This document shows, in pieces, positions 51,201 to 63,949 of a DNA stretch of 64,000 bases. Each line of letters begins with the position of its first letter. Position 1 is the first letter of the stretch. Below the pieces are notes generated by a model that made no database searches, was not told where the DNA came from, and saw only the letters and a program-made list of their open reading frames with translations. A program made the position numbers and the translations under genes. Source of the stretch: Phoronis australis (lineage: Eukaryota > Animalia > Phoronida); contig NMRA01000196.1 of NCBI GenBank assembly GCA_002633005.1, positions 83,632 through 147,631 of the forward strand, given 5' to 3'.

Positions 51201-54200
51201 AGGTAACGTGTTATTGTCGCTATCAGAGCTAACGTTTACTGTACGAACAAATAACATGGAAGCTTGAAACAACATATCTAAGACCGCGGGATGCACACAA
51301 AAGACTGGGACCTCTGACAATACCTCATCTGGGACTTTTATTGAAGACAGTACTTCGTTGTTCGAAAACCAACACTCTTGGATGCCCTTGAGAGATGGCC
51401 CATATTGAAAACCAGCGCTCTCAATAATTTCATAAAAGTTTTCGGAAGAAATGTGTCCTGTCAGTCGCCATCTGATCAAGCCAATATTCAGTGGTTTTGT
51501 TTTCTTGGGTCTTATCCCTATCCTTGCGGAACATTTGGAAACGACCGTCTTGTCTCTTGAAGCAGTTAGATCATAGACATTTGGTGTTCCTGTTGTCACT
51601 GCTACTGTTAACTTTGTTTTCACGTTTGTGTTGAGCGGTGACAAAAGATCTACATCCACCTCACAATTTCTTAAGGTAACCGGGGGCCCGTGAATTGTCG
51701 TGGCACAATGCAAGGCGATTTCTGCTTGAATAGTTCCAGGAGCTATCATGTCATTAAAAACTACGTGATCGCGGACAAACGACAACTCACTCGAATCTAG
51801 AATCACTTGAAATTTGGGTGGGAAGTTTGATATTATCCGAATGAAGGGATGGGCTACTGATTTTAGACCCTCCAGCGATTCGTTTACTTCGGTTTCTACT
51901 GGCTGTAACCGTCGTTGGAACTGGTATCGTGGAATGGTTGTGTTGTGTAGCACATTGTTTTCAAACAACTCTTCCCATCGAATTGGTAGGCCACTTTGGT
52001 ACAGTTCGCAAAAAGTGGACATAATTGTGGGTATTTCACTATTTGCTTTTGCTGACGGCATATGTTTGAAAGTCATAGGAAACGCGCATACCTCAGCAAT
52101 ATTTGCGCGAAGTGCGGGTTTGGGTCCAATCTCAATGATGATATTAGTTTTATCTCTAGAAAGCGCATTCCTCAGAGCAGCGTGAAATAAAACTGGTTTG
52201 CGCATGTTTTCTCCCCAATATTGAGCAGTACATAGTTTATCCAGTCCAATTTCATTTCCAGAGACAGTTGAGAACATGCTTGACTTGGTAGTAGCTGCTG
52301 ATGATTGCAAGTCACCAATTTCTGCTTCAAGGGCAGAAACTATCGGGTCAATGTGATGACTATGGAAAGCAGATGGAACTGGTAAAACCCGTAAAAACAG
52401 GTTCATTGACATGTCTTTGTTGAGATTTGTTAGTTTTTGTAACATTTCTTCTACGGCCTGTGCGTCACCAGATATGGTACATGAGGTTTGGGAATTGTAC
52501 GCAGCAATACACAGTCTCCCATTGAAAGGCTTACACATCTCTTCTACCCGATCAACATCAAGCTTACCAACCACCAACATCTTTCCACCGGCTACAGTGT
52601 CCTGAAGTCGACCGCGGTGGTATATCACCCTGACGGCATCTTCGAGATTAAGCCCACCGACAACGTGCGCTGCGGCTACTTCTCCAACGGAGTGACCGAC
52701 AACGCAATGGGGAGTAACACCCATGTCCTTAAACAATTCACACATTGCAACTTGGTAAGCGAACAGTGCAGGCTGTACGATGCTCGGGGGAGACGACGGT
52801 GTTATTCGAGAAATTGAATCAATCAAGCTAGCTCCAGAGAGCCGCTTGAAGATGTCGCTTACTGCCTTAATTTTACTGTAAAATGAAGAATAGCGCTTAG
52901 TAAGCTCTCTTGACATTCCCTCCCACGTGGTACCCATTCCACAAAATACGAAATATATTTGTACATCAGAAGGACCCAAGCTCTGAGGTGGTTCCCCATT
53001 GAGATGAGTTTCGAGACTGGATTTAAGTTCTCCAAAAGAAGTGAAAGGAAACGCTGCTCTGTATGGGTAGTGGTTCCGCTTTACAGTGCTAGTGTACGAA
53101 AGGTCTTTAAGGGAATACTTTTCCACTTTAACTTTGCTCAGATAATACTCCACGGTGCTCTTTAGACACTCTGTGTTTGCGGCAGACAATGCAATTATTA
53201 GCGGGTCGGTTAACTGCCCACTGGATTCCGAAATTCTCTGGTTACAGTCGCCTTCCAATAGAACATGAGTATTTGTACCTCCAAACCCAAATGAATTCAA
53301 AGCAGCAACTCGCTTACCGTGTTTGTTTACAGACCATTCATTTACCTCTGTTGTTACGCATAGATTGTTCTCTGCAAATTTAATGCTTTTGTTAGGGTTG
53401 TCTTTATAGTGTAAGGAAGGTACCATCTGAGCATGCTTCATCATAAGTAAGACCTTGATCAACCCAGCCATACCAGAAGCAGACTCTGTGTGTCCGATAT
53501 TGGTCTTAGATGAGCCGACATGACAAGGACCGGATTGAGGGTCACGGCTTGTACCGTATGCTTCTATTATTGCTATTGACTCTGCGGCATCACCAACTTG
53601 AGTTCCAGTACCTGCAATATATGCCGAATGTTGAATGAATGGATACAAAGATGTCGAAGAAAACCCGCAAAAAATGAACGATGCAGTGCAGAAAACTATT
53701 TCCTACTTGGACAATTTTGAATTTTCCTGCTATGAATTCAAATTTTCAGCATAGTCTCAAAAGATTCTCTCTGAAACCTGAACTTGCACATTTGAATGGA
53801 CTTTTCCTAAATCGCCCTAACCTTTCAGTAAGTCAAGAATACATGTATGTGTTTGATTTCATTTCGTAACCCGAATCAGTTTCAAAAGTGGTGGGCGGTT
53901 GAGAGGCTTACTGAATCATTGGACAAAATACAAAAACTATCATTTCAAGCAACGTTGGTGACGAACAACTGCTCAAACTGATCTACTTTCCTCCGACAAC
54001 AGTTAAGTAGCACTCCCTTCAAAATGTCGGTACAAACGAATTCAAACAATGCGAGCCGAAAACGAGTCCAAAAGGAAAAGAAGTACGCACCATGTGCCTC
54101 GATGTAGCCAACGTCGTTGGGATTGACGTTACATTCCTTCAATAATTTCTGCATGAGGCTTTTCTGTTGTTGACTCGATGGCTTAGTTATTGGAGTTGCC

Positions 54201-56505
54201 GAATGACCATCATGATTTACAGCGCTTCCTATGACGGAACCCCAAATATTGTTGTTGTCTTTCTTTGCCTTGAAAAGATAATTACATGTATAATTACATC
54301 GAGCCTACAAAACATGGCAGCAACCAATGCCTGACCCATTGCTACAGTCATTGTCTATTTCTACTACCTGATTCCGAAAAAGGTAGAGTAGACCTACAGC
54401 TATGTCAGAAGTTTGTTTCCATGAATTTCATATCCCAGAAATTCTTCAAAAATATTTTTACAGGATTGTTCTCTCTAACCTTTTGCTGCCAATCATATTT
54501 CCATCGAGTAATATCACAGCTGTTGACAGGCCTAAAATAATTTCGTCAGTGTAAATAAGTGTCTGTCAACAGACAGTTCTCTCAAACTACGAAGCCAATC
54601 ACATTTCCGGGATAAATTCAGCCAATATTGATGAGAAAAGAAAATAACAGTAATTCGGTGTCCACTCACACTTTTATTAATACTGACTGGGGTTATTTCA
54701 AAAAAGTGGTGGAATAGTAGACAGTGCGTTATGTCAAGCGAATGTGTTGTGACGCCATAAAATGTTTTTAAGTTTCCGAAGCAGTAGGTCTGCCAATGCC
54801 ATACCAACTTTTCGGCCAAGAAGTTATTAATCGTATATACATGTACTCTAAAAATTTCACTTTCCCTCGTTATATGTTTTCCTATCTACTTCCTGCGCCC
54901 CTCTTCTTCACTTTACTCATCCGCCCTCGCATCGTCAGCTCTTTTTCATCCTATGCTCTTGTACACGTCAACGCTGGCCTTCCCTCTTCTCACCCCTACC
55001 TTTTTTAATGGTTTCAGCAAAACCACGCCGCAACCTTCGCTACGTGTGTATCCGTCTGCCTTGGACGAAAATGCGTGACACTGACCGGTCCTGGACATCA
55101 TGCCCGCTTGCGCCAAACCAACAAGATTTTGTGGAGCTAGTATTCGATTTACACCTCCCACAATTGCCATATCGCAGTCACCTGTCAGAGAAATCCAACA
55201 ATTTTTAGGACACTTCAAACAGAAATCCTCCAGCTATAGTGTGCCCTGCAGATTTTACTTTCGTTCATGTGCGTTATCATTCAGCGAAACATGTTCATGT
55301 CGTGGTCGTTTATTGCCTATTTTAGGCCCCAATAATCTTGTAATAATTTATACTTCAATACCACGGGCTCTTGCTACTTTCACACATACCGTCAAGCTAT
55401 TTTGCTGATGAGGCAACGATAAAGGAAAAAGCTTTATTCTGTTTCTTGATGCATTTCTTGCGCATTGCTCAAAACTAGCTACCATTTTTAGGAGGCAACG
55501 TAAAGTCGAAAGCAACTGTGAACTTGTTTAGAGACAAGAACACCAAGTTCAAGTTAAAACTTGTTGGAAAGGTTAGCGTCTCGTAATCTAGGTCAGCAAA
55601 TGGTAGTTTTATGCATCCAGACCATGTTTTAACATATACTGTACTTGTAGATGGGCGAAAACATACGAAACACTACTAGTGGCAGAAATGATTACAAAAA
55701 TCGATGTGGGCAAACATTTAAAGTTAACAAAGTGTAGTTATGTTCAGTGGCAACTTGTAAATGTTAAACTAAAAAGTTCTGCAAATAAGTGACCTTTGCA
55801 ATAATGACGTACCTCGGGGGCTCACGTAGCTCGCATCATGCAGTGTTACTCCCCAGCACCACGTCACAATACTTACTGGACACGGTTCAGTGATTTGCGG
55901 CAGATTATTTTCGCTTCAAAACTCGTTCTTAAAAACATTTCGCAATTTTCAACCTTCTTCATATTCGGAGCTTCGCTATATGCGGTGTTTCTAACTAATT
56001 TGGCCAAGCAATCACAGCGACGAGGAATTAGCCTGCAAGTTTCTCTTTAAAAAGCCGAACGTTAACCCTACACATAGACTTAAGGCCCGTTCACACAACT
56101 GAAATCGACGCAACGTTCTTCAACATCTTCCCCAAGTGCCTATAGGTCAATGAGAGCGCGTGGAAACAAGATTATCTCCTCAAAATTCAAGATATCAGCC
56201 TTGTTCAGCAACACAGCCTGCGGTTTTCAACGAGAGTATTTTGTTCGATTATTTCATCTGTATCTGAGATCATGTATCTAATTATATTAATAATAACCTA
56301 CCGTTTTTCATCGCTTGACAAGCAGTGTGCAGGGCCACAATGCTGGCGGAACAAGCAGTGTCTAAGGTGACAGAAGGTCCGGTTAGATTGTATATGTATG
56401 ATATTCTGTTGGAGCAGATCGTTGTAGCGTAACCAGTCACTGTGTTGTTCGTGATTTTGTCAAATCTTTCGCTGTTGATGACCTCAAAACCATGGTTCAT
56501 TAGAC
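48258..56505 (-). CDS. Animal type I iterative polyketide synthase (KS-AT-DH-pseudoER-KR-ACP, no TE), 5'-incomplete
   Basis: Exons on -: 56505-56302 (GLMNHGFE..GPSVTLDTACSAS), 55181-55000 (GDCDMAIVGGVN..RSEGCGVVLLKPLKK), 54268-54091 (AKKDNNNIWG..GYIEAH), 53611-48258 (GTGTQVGD..stop). Phases 1/1/0/1 are consistent. Motifs: KS DTACS, HGTGT and KTNIGHTE; AT GHSVG (~52683-52697) and SAFHSH; DH HVVFNDMIAP and HPAVLDMLFQ; KR GGHTGLG, VLSDG and YGAAN; ACP LGIDS (~48427-48440). Confidence 0.95.
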
Positions 56506-56852
56506 CTGATAAAATATTCATAGATCGTTTGAAAAAAATCGACACAAGTAGTCATCGCTGGCGAGGGTGAGACCAAATATTTGTGAAATCGATGTTCAGC
56601 TGGCAATACTATTTTTTCTTAAGTGTACAGTGTTGCATTCCTTTTTCGAATGATACCACTTGCCACCACATCATACTTTTAGGATTTAAAACGAGCTTGC
56701 TGTTAAAAACAGGGCTATGTGAAAATTCAAAAGTTGCAAATTTGATAGTTGTTTACTGTATCCTTATCAACGTGATCAGGTACGGTTGGATACTATATTT
56801 ATTTGTCCTACCAATCTGACATCTGTTTCATAAAAGCGGACTTATAACTTAA

Positions 56853-58843
56853 AAGGGAACTGTATTTTATTCTGAATAAATTCTGGATAGTTTTCTATGA
56901 ATTGTTGATTAATTTCACAAATAATTCAACACCAAAAATTAAACTTGTATTCTCTAACGAAGCTCAAAAAATTACCGGCTTGGAGCGCTGCTTAGTCTCG
57001 TGACGTATTTGGCGGGGGCAAAGTCACTGTCCTGTGTTAGCCTAGTGGAGCGTGCAATCAAATAGCGTTTTTTTATATTGTCGGAATAAGAAATTTTAGT
57101 GTGAAATTTCAGGTCACAAGGGATACCTGTTTGAGCCGAGGCAACACAAAGTGATACCCAGTCATCGTCATCGTCAGACGAAAATTTGCCGGTGCAACTG
57201 GTGTCAGTGACTGTGCCGAGGGCAACATTACCAGCAATATAGAAACCGTGAATTGCGCATGCGCGAAAATCACTCAGTTAGCCCCCTTCACAATACATGG
57301 GATTCGCAGAAAACACAGCGTGAGGGTCTTATTTATGAATCAATCACATTTGCCGATAGCACATAACATAGATAAGTATTTTGTTAAAAACGTGGCCAAG
57401 TTTCAGCAAAATTGGAAAAAATTTTATGTTTAACATGGTATGGCCAAAGTTTTGGCTTATTTTGTCGCTTCGATCAGTGGAATCGCCGCTAAAAACCCGA
57501 AAGTGCATGTGAGAAAACGATAATTTTCGACCAAGCCTTTCATGTGCGGTTAGTTGCCGATAGACCCAACAGATGTCAGTATAATCAAGATTGAAATGTA
57601 GAATTTTGAAGAAAATTAGACAAAATTTTGTATTTAACATGGGGTCGCCGAAAATTGCCAATTTTGGCCTTTTGATATCAGTTTATCGTCATAGACTATC
57701 ATTAGTGGGTCTAGTTAATTCGAAGTTTTTGGTTAAATCACTGATAATATTCACACCAGTATACTAATAAACGTTTNNNNNNNNNNNNNNNNNNNNNNNN
57801 NNNNNNNNNNNNNNNNNNNNNNNNNNNNNNNNNNNNNNNNNNNNNNNNNNNNNNNNNNNNNNNNNNNNNNNNNNNNNNNNNNNNNNNNNNNNNNNNNNNN
57901 NNNNNNNNNNNNNNNNNNNNNNNNNNNNNNNNNNNNNNNNNNNNNNNNAACAGCACGCTCGTGACACGGCGCACGCGCCATTTCATAAAAATTTGAGACG
58001 TCTTTCGGGACATGATAACAGCTTTGCAGCACCAAGGTTGTTCTAAAATTCGGTTTGCTGGTGTAAAAATACTAAAAACTTGAAACAAAATGAAACAAGC
58101 TCCGATAATTTGTTATAACATGTACGCAACCTAGGTACCGTCAGCGACGAACACTTGATAAAAGAATCCGGGGGGAAAAGAAACTGGTAAAGGTCAGGTG
58201 ACGTAATCGCAAAAAGCCGACTCAAGAGAACACATCGCAATTTTACTAGCAGCACCCGATGAACGATCGCTAACATGTGCAACACCGGTAAATACAGAAG
58301 TTAGTTTACTCTAGGAACCTGGCTCCTAGGTTTACTCAAGGATGACTTAGTTTTAATGACGTTTATTTGAGTCAGATTTTATTTGTACATTTTTTACCCA
58401 TATCGGCTTAAACCTGTAGGCCTACATGTATATCTACACTGAGCTTTGGGCCAAGGCTTGGGTAACCCGGCGATGGTATGCGATGACCATCCCTTTAGAA
58501 GACACCTTTTTCGAAGAGTTTGAGCAACCAGGTGCCATACAAAAAGGCATACCGAACCTTTTACAGCACTGTGGCAAACAATAAAAAATAAGGACCATTG
58601 ATACAATGATAAATTACGATATAAACTCTTCAAATATGACATAAGCAATGAATGTGTAAAGCAACCGATACCCCGCCGTTCACGTCACTGACACATCAGC
58701 CAATCAGCGATCGCTTTCAGAATTCAGTGTTTTGACCATGAATTCGAATTGGCTTTTGTTTGGCACGCAAGTCAGGCAAATGTGAGTTTTATTTGTATGT
58801 TAGAACCGATTAACTGCAACATTATTTTGACTACAGTCCCCTT
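56853..58843. mobile_element. Second copy of the same Kolobok-like family, upstream of the 5'-most PKS exon found; carries a nested insertion
   Basis: TTAA|AAGGGAACTGTA...TACAGTCCCCTT|TTAA. Aligns with 4199-5688 except at 57224-57776 (foreign insert) and the N gap. Confidence 0.78.
57224..57776 (-). repeat. Inverted copy of the 27415-27998 repeat, nested in the Kolobok-like element
   Basis: Direct sequence comparison; the copy runs into the N gap. Confidence 0.88.
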
Positions 58844-59491
58844 TTAAGACATAAAATGGTTTTGGTTGTCCCCATTTCACATTAACTGTACTGGACAGAG
58901 GTTTAGCCGAGTAATTATTAGTACACAACAGCCTAGAAATAATTTAGGCAAATTATCTCATTAACGAGAAGTAATAGACGATTTAATTATTTTCAGAATT
59001 GTACTTGTGTGGAGACCAAGTTTCTGTCTTGAAACGTGTTCAGGTATAAAAATTAACCTAGTCGTGAAATTGTAATATGAGGGCACCTAAGTTTGTGGCT
59101 GCCTCCCCCGAATTTGCCTCTAAAACAGTAAGCCATAGTCCCAGCCCTCCTATCTTTCACCTCCGTGGCCACTTTCTGGGGGCAACGGGAACTTTGCATT
59201 AAACCCATCTACAGAAGTCAAAAGTCAATTTCAAAAAAATTCCGAAGAATACACTTGCACGTTTAGTAGGAATTTTAAGTTAAAAGTTGGAAAAATATAA
59301 CCTCAACTAATATGTTAGCCACCAGGTGTCAGTGCAAAATGATCCAAACAGTCAATCAAATGATAGGAAAATATTGTGTCCATACCTTTCCCCTTCAAAA
59401 GTCGTCGGATTGGCAGAGGACAGTCAGTTGATGTTATCCTGCTGGCTTAGCTAGCTTGTTTACTGCTACTGACTACATTGGATAGTATTAA

Positions 59492-61145
59492 AGGAGCATG
59501 TAACCCAAAAACAACCTAATTTGTATCAATTTAGATCGAGTAGTTATCCTCCATAACGACACGTACATGTACGGTTGCGTTACCTGACACATGACGGCAG
59601 ACGGAGGTGTTAAAATTATCCAATGACGTCATCGGTTTCACGCGCAGTCTGTTCAGCAGTTCACAACACGGGTTACTGGTGTCAGCTTATCGCTTGAAGT
59701 CATCGTTTAACACCGATCAAACATCAAACTTCGATGTAAAACCCTTGAAAATACACCGAGTTCTTATAAAAACGTGTTGTTTTATTTCGCTCTTACGGAT
59801 TTATTGGTATTTGGACACACCGTGGCCTACAAAATTCGGCAGGTCAATAAGGTCCGTAGGAGGAGTTTGGGGTCTGTTCGGAGATAATTTCGAAGTATTT
59901 TCCGTGAGGTACATGTACAGACAGGAGAACCTAGATCTGTGTTGTTTAGACTTGTGATTTTTTTAGTTCTAAACACAAAACGCTTGTTATCCTGGCCTGT
60001 GGCTCGGAGCCCAATTAGGCCCGTCGCGGCCGGCCGGATTGACTCCGCCGTTATCCCGGCCAGTGGCTCGGAATTTGATCAAACATCACGAACATAAACC
60101 AGCCAAAGTTCCGTGGAAACTAAACTTCCAGTCAAGAAAATACTACATTAGTGAGCCAAAGTAATGTACACGTGATTATTTTGGTGAATTAGCCACGAAA
60201 CTGCAAATCTCGTCGGGGGTCGCGAATTCAGGTTCCGCGTTGGCCACCAGTCAGGGCAGAAGTTGTACATTGACAATCATTATTTGAGTAAATGTAAATA
60301 AAGATTCCCCTAACACCTGGCCGTGGGATGGAAATCGAGTTGTTTCACAACTGTTTCTGCCAGCAAACACTAAACTAGCATGAGCTCACCCGGCCTCGGT
60401 GTCCCGTCAATTAGTTTTATTGCACCTAAAGCCGGTAACGCAGTGATTTATTCATTGCTGGCTTCTCAAATCCTTTGCACTCACGAACACTCCAAAGGCA
60501 TTACAAATTGCATCTAATGAGACAGACTTGGTTTCAATTTTATATAAGTATTGGTTAGGGTGAGAATAATTCATTTTGAAACAGAACGCTCAGTAATAAA
60601 CGCCAACACGGCAACTCGCAATCCCGACTTAGGACGAGCTAAAGCTCTTCAGTCCCGACTTCGCAAGTGGATCATTAAGTTTTACAGGCATTCAATTCGA
60701 ACAGGAATACAGTGATGAAAAATACTAGAGAAGAGACGTGAACAAGCTCAGACAACGGAACGTATGGAGTTTGATAAGCCAACATTCGTCAGGCACTGTC
60801 GACGTCTGCAGGCCACAGGCACGGAGACGTTTCACGGCCTCATACTTGCTATTTACTACGTACATTTCATTCTTCACTACCATGAGCCACTTCCTAAGCA
60901 TTTCGGACTCTCGAGGAAGTAAACAAAACGATCCGCTTTCCTCGCAGCTGCTTAGTTCGGACAAGCGGGAAGGATGCATCGCAACATAGCGGCATTCACT
61001 CTGCATGTGAACCACTGACGTCGCTGGCGTCGTTTCTCACCTTCTTCGCAGGTTAACGCAACACCTCTTGACAAGGCAAGGTCGATGTGGATATAGACCG
61101 ATTAAGACGGCAAAAAAGACTAATTAGATCGGGTGGCATTCTCCT
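59492..61145. mobile_element. Third Kolobok-like family, with a decayed THAP remnant
   Basis: TTAA|AGGAGCATGTAACCC...GGGTGGCATTCTCCT|TTAA (12/15 TIR match). The minus strand at ~60790-60990 reads RCILPACPN, then a frameshift into SFCLLPRESEMLRKWLMVVKN..KRLRACGL, which is THAP-like. Confidence 0.62.
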
Positions 61146-61561
61146 TTAATTCTTGGATGGGTGTGCAAGTAATAGGCAATTACCAAGGGCCAAGGCTCAA
61201 AAACCAACAGGCAGCAGTTAGGAATTGAGGAAAGCCAAATCAAGTGGCCACGAGTGTCATCGTACTGAAACAATTCTTGGCACATTCCTGAATCATATTG
61301 TGTTTCGCAATGAACAGTTGGGACAGCTATAACTCTGCTGAAACCATGAATTATTGAACGAGTGTGTGACTTCACAATAGACTGGCAAGATAACTGCCCC
61401 TTGTTGCATTCATGTGTCAGCTTCTGTTCAAATTTCTGAGCTGGAATTTTCAGATATTACCTGCTCTAAGGATACTACAAACAAACGTGTCAACATTGAG
61501 TGCAAGAGAAGTATCATTGCTGATAATTTCTTAAGTTTTTGTGAAAAAAAACAGCTATTGT

Positions 61562-61822
61562 CATGCGCGCACACAAGGATGGGGGGATCGGGGGCTTGAA
61601 CGAGCCTCACCCATTTGGAAAGTGGTTAAAAAGGTAAGCCTCAGAGAAACAAAAACTCCGAAAAAGTAGAAAACGAGACAAAAATTCACTAAAATGGCAG
61701 GAACTACCAAAATGCTGCCAACGCACAATTCGTAGCTCTGAAGTACCCCGTGAATCTTAATAAATGCCCACGTTCTCAAAAACTCGAGACCCCCATTTTT
61801 AGGCTTCTGGGTGCACGCATGC
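61562..61822. mobile_element. MITE of the same family as 62794-62949
   Basis: CATGCGCGCAC ... GTGCACGCATG, with a shared internal GGGGG..CGAGCC..CCATTTGG..AGAAACAAAAA motif. Confidence 0.68.
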
Positions 61823-62793
61823 TTCTATCACTAGCAGTGTTACAGACACTTAACGGATGTAACAAAAATTAAAAGAGCTCTTCAAAAAGAAATATACCAA
61901 GCTGATGATGGAAATAATGTTGAGCCCACTAGAAAATTAAGGAGATTGTCACTGTCAATTACATCTACATTTAACAGTGCTCAAAGTAATATACCGTATA
62001 TGTCTTGCCGCCACAATGAACCATTTGCCACAAGTCAAATTTCATCAAAAGGGAACTTAACAAACAAAAAAAAGTTGAAAACTTACCCCAGTTCCAAACA
62101 TTCAATTGTAAATACTCTTACCTATTCTTAATTTGAAAAGGTGTCATTTATGATAAATAATCTTTAGTTGAGGTCACAGAAAAAAATATTTTGCTTGATA
62201 AATTTGTAGTAATAGTGGTTTCAATCTCAAATGTACTGGCAGTAGTTTTTACCTATATGTGAGTGATCAGCACAGTGCTTTTTATGGACTCCTAAGCCTA
62301 TTTTGAGATCCTTTTATCAATATAAAATCACGAGTAGTGATTGGAATTTGAGAAATATGAAAGTGGAATAATTGCCTGTGTTCTGTAATTTATTTATCCT
62401 GAAAAATCAAATGTTGCGCGGAATTCAGTATCTCACATTTTGAAGATTCTTGAATTGGAGTTTTTAGCTGAGGAAAATTTTTACTCGTCAAGTTATGTGC
62501 TATTTGAAACAGGAAGCGTCAAATGAAATTTTAGCTCTACAGTAAAGAAGACGCTTTTCAATTTCAAACAAAGCTATTGCCAACATCACCATTCCTATAT
62601 TTTCAAAGGCTGAACTTCTGTATTAAGGATGATAAAAATGTTTCTATGTTTTAAATTGTTTGAAGGCAGCTGCACAGTGCAATCAATGCTACTAATGATG
62701 CTCATTTCTCTTAATGCTTATTTTTGCTGAGTACTTAGACAAAATGAAATTTCACTTGTTGTCCATACTGTGTGCTAAACTGAAGATTATTTT

Positions 62794-62949
62794 CATGCGC
62801 GCACCCAGGGGGTTCGGAGGGCTCGAACAAGCCCCCCATTTGGCGAAGTGGGCAAAAAGCTCCGTCTGAGAGAAACAAAAAGTCCGAGAAAATGAGACAA
62901 AAGTCCACTAAAGAAGCGTTTCTCATATTGAAGGCTGGGTGCGCGCATG
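62794..62949. mobile_element. 156-bp MITE
   Basis: Perfect 15-bp TIR CATGCGCGCACCCAG / CTGGGTGCGCGCATG, with ATTTT on both sides. Relatives at 61562-61822 and, inverted and partial, at ~33880-34030. Confidence 0.78.
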
Positions 62950-63133
62950 ATTTTGGCTATCCATTTCAGTTAAATAGGATTACTGTAACAAGGACTTTGG
63001 TGTTTAGATAAAACGGTATTCAGGTTGTTGAAACTTTTTTATTTTGGGTAAGGTGCAGGCTTGCAGAGATATTTTTATAACTTTGTCTTTGCCATTAAAG
63101 TTGGGCTCAAAATTTGTGTTTCCTGGTTAACTC

Positions 63134-63420
63134 ATGGAAGACATTGAACCGTTTGCATGCAAGCTGTACGGCGAGTCATCAACAGTTAACAAAGCACGCT
63201 ACCACATATTCAGGTTGAAATCTGTGATCTGCCTCCTCATCATGATTGTTTGCTACTACATGCTAAAAGAGCAAATTACCAGTGTGCCATTTAAAAACGA
63301 GCCTTCCAACACCATGTCAGTGCACCATCTCCGGTTGCTAGTGGGTGGCTTTTGGAGCGGGGTAGTCTGATGCTCCTCTGGATGACTCTGCCTTTAGCCC
63401 CAGAAAATGCCATGAAAAGT
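63134..63420 (+). pseudogene. Academ-like (XPG-region) transposon protein fragment
   Basis: IEPFACKLYG..VNKARYHIF, then a frameshift into LPPHHDCLLLHAKRANYQCAI*..PSPVASGW..LWMTLPLAP. This matches the C-terminal pattern I recall for Academ-type proteins. Confidence 0.55.
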
Positions 63421-63949
63421 CATAGGCGGATTTAGGTTGGCCCAGCCCCCCCTGTTAGCTGCCACAAAAAAATAAAACAGCAAGAGCGTAGTTAAATGTG
63501 GAATTTATTAATTAACCCCGGTAATTAACACGGCTGAAACAAGATTTAAATGTGTTCAGTTTTAGTGTGTTTGGGGNNNNNNNNNNNNNNNNNNNNNNNN
63601 NNNNNNNNNNNNNNNNNNNNNNNNNNNNNNNNNNNNNNNNNNNNNNNNNNNNNNNNNNNNNNNNNNNNNNNNNNNNNNNNNNNNNNNNNNNNNNNNNNNN
63701 NNNNNNNNNNNNNNNNNNNNNNNNNNNNNNNNNNNNNNNNNNNNNNNNNNNNNNNNNNNNNNNNNNNNNNNNNNNNNNNNNNNNNNNNNNNNNNNNNNNN
63801 NNNNNNNNNNNNNNNNNNNNNNNNNNNNNNNNNNNNNNNNNNNNNNNNNNNNNNNNNNNNNNNNNNNNNNNNNNNNNNNNNNNNNNNNNNNNNNNNNNNN
63901 NNNNNNNNNNNNNNNNNNNNNNNNNNNNNNNNNNNNNNNNNNNNNNNNN

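Noticed and set aside
53612-53648. ORF-track N-terminus (MYPFIQHSAYIA) of the 1796-aa ORF as the true PKS start
   Set aside because: It is intronic read-through. The acceptor at 53612-53613 joins the upstream exon to rebuild HGTGT.
48258-56505. PKS as bacterial contamination or recent horizontal transfer, or as fatty acid synthase
   Set aside because: It has spliceosomal introns and host-type repeats around it, and no operon. The degenerate ER and missing TE argue against a canonical FAS.
57738-58088. ORFs containing X runs (also 63512-63984 and 22179-22518)
   Set aside because: Artefacts of translating through N gaps.
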